A stretch of DNA of 59,807 nt, filler included, from Nemertoderma westbladi (taxonomy: Eukaryota > Animalia > Xenacoelomorpha), in assembly GCA_032718475.1 (NCBI GenBank). It is 3 parts of 3 records of this genome, joined end to end, with 100 filler letters (N's around TTAATTAATTAA, not from the genome) between each part and the next. Parts side by side here need not be neighbours in the genome. Positions count along the whole stretch, not along the records: positions 38,481 to 59,807 come from JAUCBJ010004852.1; 2 more parts are not named here. One strand, written 5' to 3'. This document shows positions 53,187 through 59,807 of the stretch, one piece after another. A program made the translations under genes and the position numbers. Position 1 is the first letter of the stretch. Each line of letters begins with the position of its first letter. Below the pieces are notes generated by a model, which was not told the origin of the DNA, made no database searches, and saw only the letters and a list, made by a program, of their open reading frames with translations.

Positions 53187-54805
53187 TGTTGCCGTTATTC
53201 CCGACACCATGGGGGAAAACGCTGATGCTGGAGGCGGAATTTTTAAACCACGGGATTCCGGCCAGTCACCGGATATTGGGAGTGGAGAAGGATACTTTCT
53301 TAAATGCAGGATTGCGGTTGAGAAAAGGTTGCATTGGTTGGATATAATCTTTTAATGTAACTTTCCTACAGTTGAATCTTGATTGAATCCTGATTGAGAA
53401 TAAGTTGGGCTTCCCCACATCAATATACACCAAATATTCACAATAATATACGACAATATAAATTCCTACAGTATATTATTTAATTACCCACTGTTCGCTT
53501 TAGATTTTAACCTAACTAATGTTCCCCATTTTCCCCTCGGTCCTAGTCTTGGTACCGTAGTGTCGGTGTTGGTCGACCCTGTTGCGTGTCCGTCCCACCC
53601 TTCCCGAACCCCGAAGGGATCGGTCATCAGGAAAGCGGTACGGCTTGGCTAAGGGTCGGTCAAGTCGGTAGACCCGGTTGCGTGTCCGTCCCACCCTTCC
53701 CGAACCCCGAAGGGATCGGTCATCAGGAAAGCGGTACGGCTTGGCTAGGGGTCTGTCGAGTCGGTGGACCCGGTTGCGTGTCCGTCCCACCCTTCCCGAA
53801 CCCCGAAGGGATCGGTCATCAGGAAAGTGGTACGGCTTGGCTAGGGGTCTGTCGAGTCTGTGGACCCGTTTGCGTGTCTGTCCCACCCTTCCCGAACCCC
53901 GAAGGGATCAGTCATCAGGAAAGCGGTACGGCTTGGCTAGGGGTCCGTCGGTTCATCACAGGGACCCAACCCCCTAAGCTTTCCGAATCCTTTTCAGGCT
54001 CGTAGTCGCTTCGGTAGCCGAGAAGCTGCTCCGAACAGTCAGTAGGCCAGTGGAGTCCGGTCCTTTGTCTTTCGACCCCGTTGCGTGTCCGTCCCACCCT
54101 TCCCGAACCCCGAAGGGATCGGTCATCAGGAAAGCGGTACGGCTTGGCAAGGGGTCTGTCAGCCCATCATGAGTCCCAACTGTTGGTAGTTTTCAGAGTC
54201 CTTATTCAGGCTCGTACTAACGCCGGTCGTGGAACCCACTCCAGGAAGGCAGTCCTCGTCGAACCCTTCCTCCGTTTAGTCGGTCGACCCATCGCAAGTC
54301 CCTGGTGTAGTCGGCAAGCTTTCCGAGTCCTTATTCAGGCTCGTAATAACTGCCAGTGACCAGGGACCGCTAAGGATCTGTCTGTCGGTTCCCGTCGCAA
54401 ATCCCTGACACAAGCAGCAGACTTTCCGAGTCCTTATTCAGGCTCGTAATAACTGCTAACTAACTAACTAATAACTGCCAGGGACCGCTAAGGGCAGTCC
54501 TTGTTCCTAGGCCTAGCGAGTTACCAAATCCACCTCTACAGGCAGCACGAAGTTGGCTAGGCCTAATAGTATTCAGGTAAACCTGAGTACTGCATAATTT
54601 TGCTTCCCACCCCTGGCCCTTAAATATCTGAAATGAGTCCCATACCCCGTAAGTCGCCCCAATATTCGCCCATAAATCGCCCCCAGTCCATTGAATGTAC
54701 CCAAATTCCATGTTCCCGCACCCAGTATTGATATTGGAATATTCATTTCAAATAAATCCGAAAAATGTTCAACTCGCGTTAAGAAAAGTTGAAATACAGC
54801 GAACA
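53187..54805 (-). repeat. 5' LTR (1619 bp)
   Basis: Direct repeat of 40719-42322; minus-strand TATATT (~53422-53427), Inr-like TTATTC (~53398-53403) and ATTAAA (~53351-53356). Confidence 0.95.
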
Positions 54806-56200
54806 CAACTTACTGTGTCTACTCTCTCTCCACTTTCGGGTTAAATGTTGTACAACTTACTGGGTCTACTCTCTCTCCACTTTCGAGATAAATGTTGTAC
54901 AACTTACTGTGTCTACTCTATCTCCTCTCCACTTTCGGGTTAAATGTTGTACAACTTACTGGGTGTACTCTCTCTTCACTCCTGGGTTAAATGTTGTACA
55001 ACTTACTGGGTCTACTCTCTCTTCACTCCTGGGTTAAATGTTGTACAACTTACTGGGTCTACTCTCTCTTCACTCCTGGGTTAAATGTTGTACAACTTAC
55101 TGGGTCTACTCTCTCTTCACTCCTGGGTTAAATGTTGTACAACTTACTGGGTCTACTCTCTCTTCACTCCTGGGTTAAATGTTGTACAACTTACTGGGTC
55201 TACTCTCTCTTCACTCCTGGGTTAAATGTTGTACAACTTACTGGGTCTAGTCTCTCTTCACTCCTGGGTTAAATGTTGTACAACTTACTGGGTCTACTCT
55301 CTCTTCACTCCTGGGTTAAATGTTGTACAACTTACTGGATCTACTCTCTCTTCACTCCTGGGTTAAATGTTGTACAACTTACTGGGTCTACTCTCTCTTC
55401 ACTCCTGGGTTAAATGTTGTACAACTTACTGGGTCTACTCTCTCTTCACTCCTGGGTTAAATGTTGTACAACTTACTGGGTCTACTCTCTCTTCACTCCT
55501 GGGTTAAATGTTGTACAACTTACTGTGTCTACTCTCTCTCCACTTTCGGGTTAAATGTTGTACAACTTACTGGGTCTACTCTCTCTCCACTTTCGGGTTA
55601 AATGTTGTAAAACTTACTGGGTCTACTCTCTCTCCACTTTCGGGTTAAATGTTGTATAACTTAATGTGTCTACTCTCTCTCTCTCCACTTTCGGGTTAAA
55701 TGTTGTACAACTTACTGGGTCTACTCTCTCTCCACTTTCGGGTTAAATGTTGTAAAACTTACTGGGTCTACTCTCTCTCCACTTTCGGGTTAAATGTTGT
55801 ATAACTTAATGTGTCTACTCTCTCTCTCTCCACTTTCGGGTTAAATGTTGTACAACTTACTGGGTCTACTCTCTCTCCACTTTCGGGTTAAATGTTGTAC
55901 AACTTACTGGGTCTACTCTCACTCCACTTTCGGGTTAAATGTTGTACAACTTACTGGGTCTACTCTCTCTCTCTCCACTTTCGGGTTAAATGTTGTACAA
56001 CTTACTGGGTCTACTCTCTCTCCACTTTCGGGTTAAATGTTGTACAACTTACTGGGTCTACTCTCTCTCCACTTTCGGGTTAAATGTTGTACAACTTACT
56101 GGGTCTACTCTCTCTCCACTTTCGGGTTAAATGTTGTACAACTTACTGGGTCTACTCTCTCTCCACTTTCGGGTTAAATGTTGTACAACTTATTGGGTTT
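54806..56200. repeat. 47-bp satellite, right part
   Basis: Same unit as 39641-40718, resuming in register after the TSD. Confidence 0.97.
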
Positions 56201-56214
56201 ACCCTCTCCGACGT

Positions 56215-56495
56215 ACAAAGGCGGGTTAGCTCAGTTAGTTGAGCATAGCGCCGGACCTGCAATCTATTGGTTGTAAGTTCAAGCCCAGCTAGGGTCTACT
56301 CAGCCTTTCATCCACTGGGGTCGATAAAATGAGTACCAGTTAAATTACTGGGAGCAAAACTTGGCATAGGAGTAGCGCTCATCCCTAGCTTTGGGTAGCA
56401 GATAGGAGTAGCGCCCACCCCCACCCCCGTATAGCAGCTATCGAGAGAGGAGCCTTCGGGTCCCCACCGGTCTCGGCCGACTGTTTGCTTTTTGC
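56215..56495 (+). mobile_element. tRNA-derived SINE with a MetaSINE-like central core and a LINE-like tail
   Basis: A box TAGCTCAGTTAG, B box AGTTCAAGCCC; core GGGTCTACTCAGCCTTTCATCC...GGGGTCGATAAAATGAGTACCAG; tail GAGCCTTCGGGTC...TTTGCTTT. Confidence 0.75.
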
Positions 56496-57025
56496 TCCGA
56501 CCTAAAGGATTTACTGAGGGACATGTTACTGAAATTAAGGCGTATTTCCTTCCATATTTAACATAAAATGACGTCCATGGATCTCAATAGGAATTGTTAT
56601 CATAGAACTCATCCTATAGAATTAATTGTTGCGTAATGGGGGTGTTGACATTGTCAACACATATTTTTGGCTAAAATGATTTACTTAGACAATTTATTTT
56701 TAACATAGAAGTCAATGCTAATTCGAAACACCAGTCCTAAGATAAACATAACCTGTTGTTCCCGCTTTTTGAAATTCATCCCAAATATACTTCGGTAAGT
56801 AACTTCGATACAAGTTATCTACAGTAGATATTTAGTATTTCTTTCGCTTTTACAATTTTAAGTAGTCGCTAAAAGAACATATTGCACAACATCAACCGAA
56901 TTGGAACAATTACAGTATCTTACAGTATATATCCATTGCCTCAAGGACAACAGCTTCTAATGAATTCTCTCCTTCCTTAAACACTTTCAAACACGCAACA
57001 ACAACCTGCTTCGAATTTCTAGTTT

Positions 57026-57621
57026 TAATAACTATTTACATACTTGTGTGTAAAGTAGCACTTTACTGTGTGATGATCCGAGTGGCTTTGTTACACGAAC
57101 GAACGTAAGTGAGTGAGTGAAAATAAAGCCACGAGGAACAGAACACTTTAAAGTACTTTGCAACAAGTATCTATGTAGTTTTATTCCAAAATTGTAACAT
57201 TACGAAGTGATTGTACATATACATTATAAGTGATAGAAACTGCACAAATTATATTAGTTGCTGTATAAATAAATGTAAAATGACATAAATTATGTTATAA
57301 ATAAGTTAGCTTATATTTATGGTGGTGTTTGGAGCCATGTTATAATAATATACTGTAGCTTGGACCCTACTGGTTATTAATAGCTATACCCCGCCTACCG
57401 GTAGGTAATGCAGTAGGCCTATCTGGCTGTCAGGCAAATTTCCACCTATTGTTTACAATAGGCCTACTACGACAACAATAGACGTGAACAATAACACCAA
57501 ATACAATACTAAATGTACAGGCCAATACAATACTGTAATGTTCTCTAAAGTTGTAAAGTGCTAAATGACAATTCGCTGTTAATACTAACGGCGTTGAGTA
57601 ATGTTACAATTTTGGAATAAA
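57026..57621. mobile_element. Second palindrome-headed non-autonomous element
   Basis: Starts TAATAACTATTTACAT like 13231; ~150-bp hairpin, then TTTATTCCAAAATTGTAACATTAC mirrored at 57598-57621. Confidence 0.5.
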
Positions 57622-57804
57622 TAAATATTACGTAATAATACTGCATTGCATATTATCTCAATTATGCTCAATTAACTGTTTACCCCCAACAAAGCCCTCT
57701 TAGAAAAGTTAACTTTAAATGTTAACAAATTTTGACAACACTTGTTTTACCCGCTTTCGGAATTATTTTCAATAATTGGTACAGTAGAGTCCCGTTAAGT
57801 TTAG

Positions 57805-57973
57805 GTAGCAAGCAAAGCAAACAGTCGGCCGAGACCGGTGGGGAACCGAAGGCTCCTCTTTCGATAGCTGCTACCCGATGATGGTAAGGGTGGGCGCTAC
57901 TCCTATCCCAAGTTTTACAACCAATAGATTTATAATCCCTGTGCTCAAGCAACTGAGCCAGCCCGCCTTTGTT
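57805..57973 (-). mobile_element. Inverted, internally deleted copy of the SINE at 56215
   Basis: Reverse complement of its head and tail; central core missing. Confidence 0.8.
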
Positions 57974-58139
57974 TAGGTAACCCTTTCCATACTACTGTAT
58001 TTACCTCCATTTTCTGCGCTCCTCTACGGTTCTAGGCCTCCTGGTAAAATATATCGATGGGGGAAACCCAAAATATCAGATATGCAGAAAAATCACCCAG
58101 AGTGGAAAGGTGATCTGGGTGAAGGGGAGAATGTTCTAA

Positions 58140-59633
58140 CTCTAGACCCTGTCGATTACTTCCGCAAATTCTTTCACACTATTTTGATAGATATGATAGT
58201 CGAACAGACAAACCTTTACGCAATTCAAAACTTTCAAAACTGACTCGGCCGAAATAGAAATATACCTCGCTCTCATTTTGCGAATGGGGATATATAAATT
58301 GCCACGATACCGAATGTTTTGGGAACAAGACTTTCGTATTCCAGGCATTGCGGATTATATGTCTAGAGATCGCTTTCTTGATTTAAATCGATTTCTTCAC
58401 TTTGCTAATAATAACGACATTATAACTAACCCTAGAGATGTTAACTATGGTAGACTTGCGAAGATTCGTCCTCTATCGTATAGCATCCGTACTACATGCC
58501 TGGAATTTGAGGCCGAAGAGCACCAAGCCATTGACGAACAAATGATACCGTTCAAAGGCCGCAATATTTTGAGGCAATACCTACTCAAAAAGCCAATAAA
58601 ATGGGGAATCAAAGTCTTCAGCCGCAACAGTTCATCTGGATACACCCATGACTTCTTTATCTATGAGGGTCATGGTGATGTCGCTCAATCATGTGGATTC
58701 CAGACTGGTAATTATGTGCTCAAATTACTAGAGACTTTACCTCTCCATTACCATCTACTTTGACAACTACTTCAACTTCCCGGAACTCCAGATAATATTG
58801 AAGGATATGGGGTTCGATTCGATTGGTTCCCTTCGCAAGGATAGAACCAGGGGCTGTCCGCTTAAGAGCGAGAGGGATCTCAGGAAAGAGGGTCGAGGGA
58901 CGTTTGACATGAATGTGGACAGAAATTCTGGTCTATTTCTTGTCCATTGGTATAATATTCGCATGGTTCAACTATCATCGAATTTCGTAGGGACTTAACC
59001 TGTGACGCCCGTGCAGCGATGGTCAAAGTCTCTGTAGAAGAAGATTTTAGTTGACCGGCCTGCAGTTGTAGCTGAATATAACGAACATATGGTAGGGGTG
59101 GATTTGTTTGATATGCTTCGAACTTTATATGTCTGTGACCATAAGTGCATGAAGTGGTACCGTCGTGTATTCTTGTGGGTCCTAAACGTAGCCGTTGTAA
59201 ATGGGTGGTTGGAATATAAGAGGGCCTGCTCTCAGCTGAAGGAGAAAAAGAGTTTACCAGTTCAATAGCATCTTCCTTGCTCCTTCTAAACAAGGCTCCC
59301 CCCACACTGACACGCAAGAGAGAGCGCCCATCATTAGCGGTTCCATCAGACTCATATCCTGCTTCCAGTCGGTGTACAACACCGACAGTCAGTGTGCAAG
59401 GATTGGCGCTTGTTACATCCAACATCAAGCGCATGCGAGGACCCTCAATGCCATCGCCTGCAGAAGACATTCGAGGGGACATTGTGGCTCATTTTCCGGA
59501 GATGGTTTTACATAGTGATCGCTGTCGTTGTCGACAGTGTGGAATGAAGTCACAGGTCAAGTGCATGAAGTGTCTTGTCTATCTGTGTCTTCGCCCAGAA
59601 CGCAACTGTTATTTGGAATATCATCAGCCCTGA
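58140..59633 (+). pseudogene. piggyBac (PGBD3-like) transposase, fragmented
   Basis: MSRDRF, KIRPL, AIDEQMIPFKGR, KPIKWGIKVF, FDNYF, YNEHMVGVD, KWYRRVF, C-terminal RCRQC...KCMKCLVYLC...CYLEYH; stops and frameshifts; possible left end CCCTTTCCA near 57980. Confidence 0.92.
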
Positions 59634-59807
59634 ACATGCTTTACAGTAATCATTTAGTTCCAATCATCCATGTCCATATTGGGATATTGTTTTCATATTT
59701 GTTTTGAGCAAAAAATGTTGATTGTAGTGGTAAGTTATTGTATTTGTAGTAATGTGTTCATATATCAATATAATTATATATTTTATAATTGTATATTTTT
59801 ATTTTTA

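Larger units (their letters stand above)
40719..54805 (-). mobile_element. Full-length BEL/Pao LTR retrotransposon with an extra ORF3
   Basis: TGTT...AACA termini; CAACT TSD (40714-40718, 54806-54810); two LTRs; gag-PR-RT-RH-IN order with BEL motifs. Confidence 0.96.

Noticed and set aside
56221-56290. tRNA gene
   Set aside because: No complete cloverleaf; it is the head of a SINE

Overview
AT-rich invertebrate-type eukaryotic DNA made almost entirely of transposons and satellites. It consists of three contigs joined by artificial 100-nt N linkers (20218-20317, 38381-38480). The main feature is a full-length 14.1-kb BEL/Pao LTR retrotransposon (40719-54805, minus strand, ~1.6-kb LTRs, CAACT TSD) inserted in a 47-bp satellite. 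It has several unusual traits. There is no tRNA-type PBS; instead a 12-nt PBS is perfectly complementary to the predicted transcript 5' end (Tf1-style self-priming geometry). A bulged-A stem-loop is repeated 11 times across the LTRs, gag, pol and ORF3. An extra ORF3 encodes a DEDDy-type 3'-5' exonuclease plus zinc knuckles, and there are further structured repeats in U3 and in the pol-ORF3 spacer. The window also holds a nearly intact CRE-type RLE non-LTR retrotransposon (32447-36096) and a decayed gene cluster at 1-10.2 kb (two paralogous OB-fold/Zn-ribbon-like genes, two SGNH hydrolases, a GIY-YIG nuclease, a zinc-knuckle exon). The rest comprises piggyBac remnants, nested MITEs, LINE fragments, tRNA-derived SINEs, three satellites and one trypsin-like protease exon. 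All family assignments are from motif recognition by eye, without database searches.
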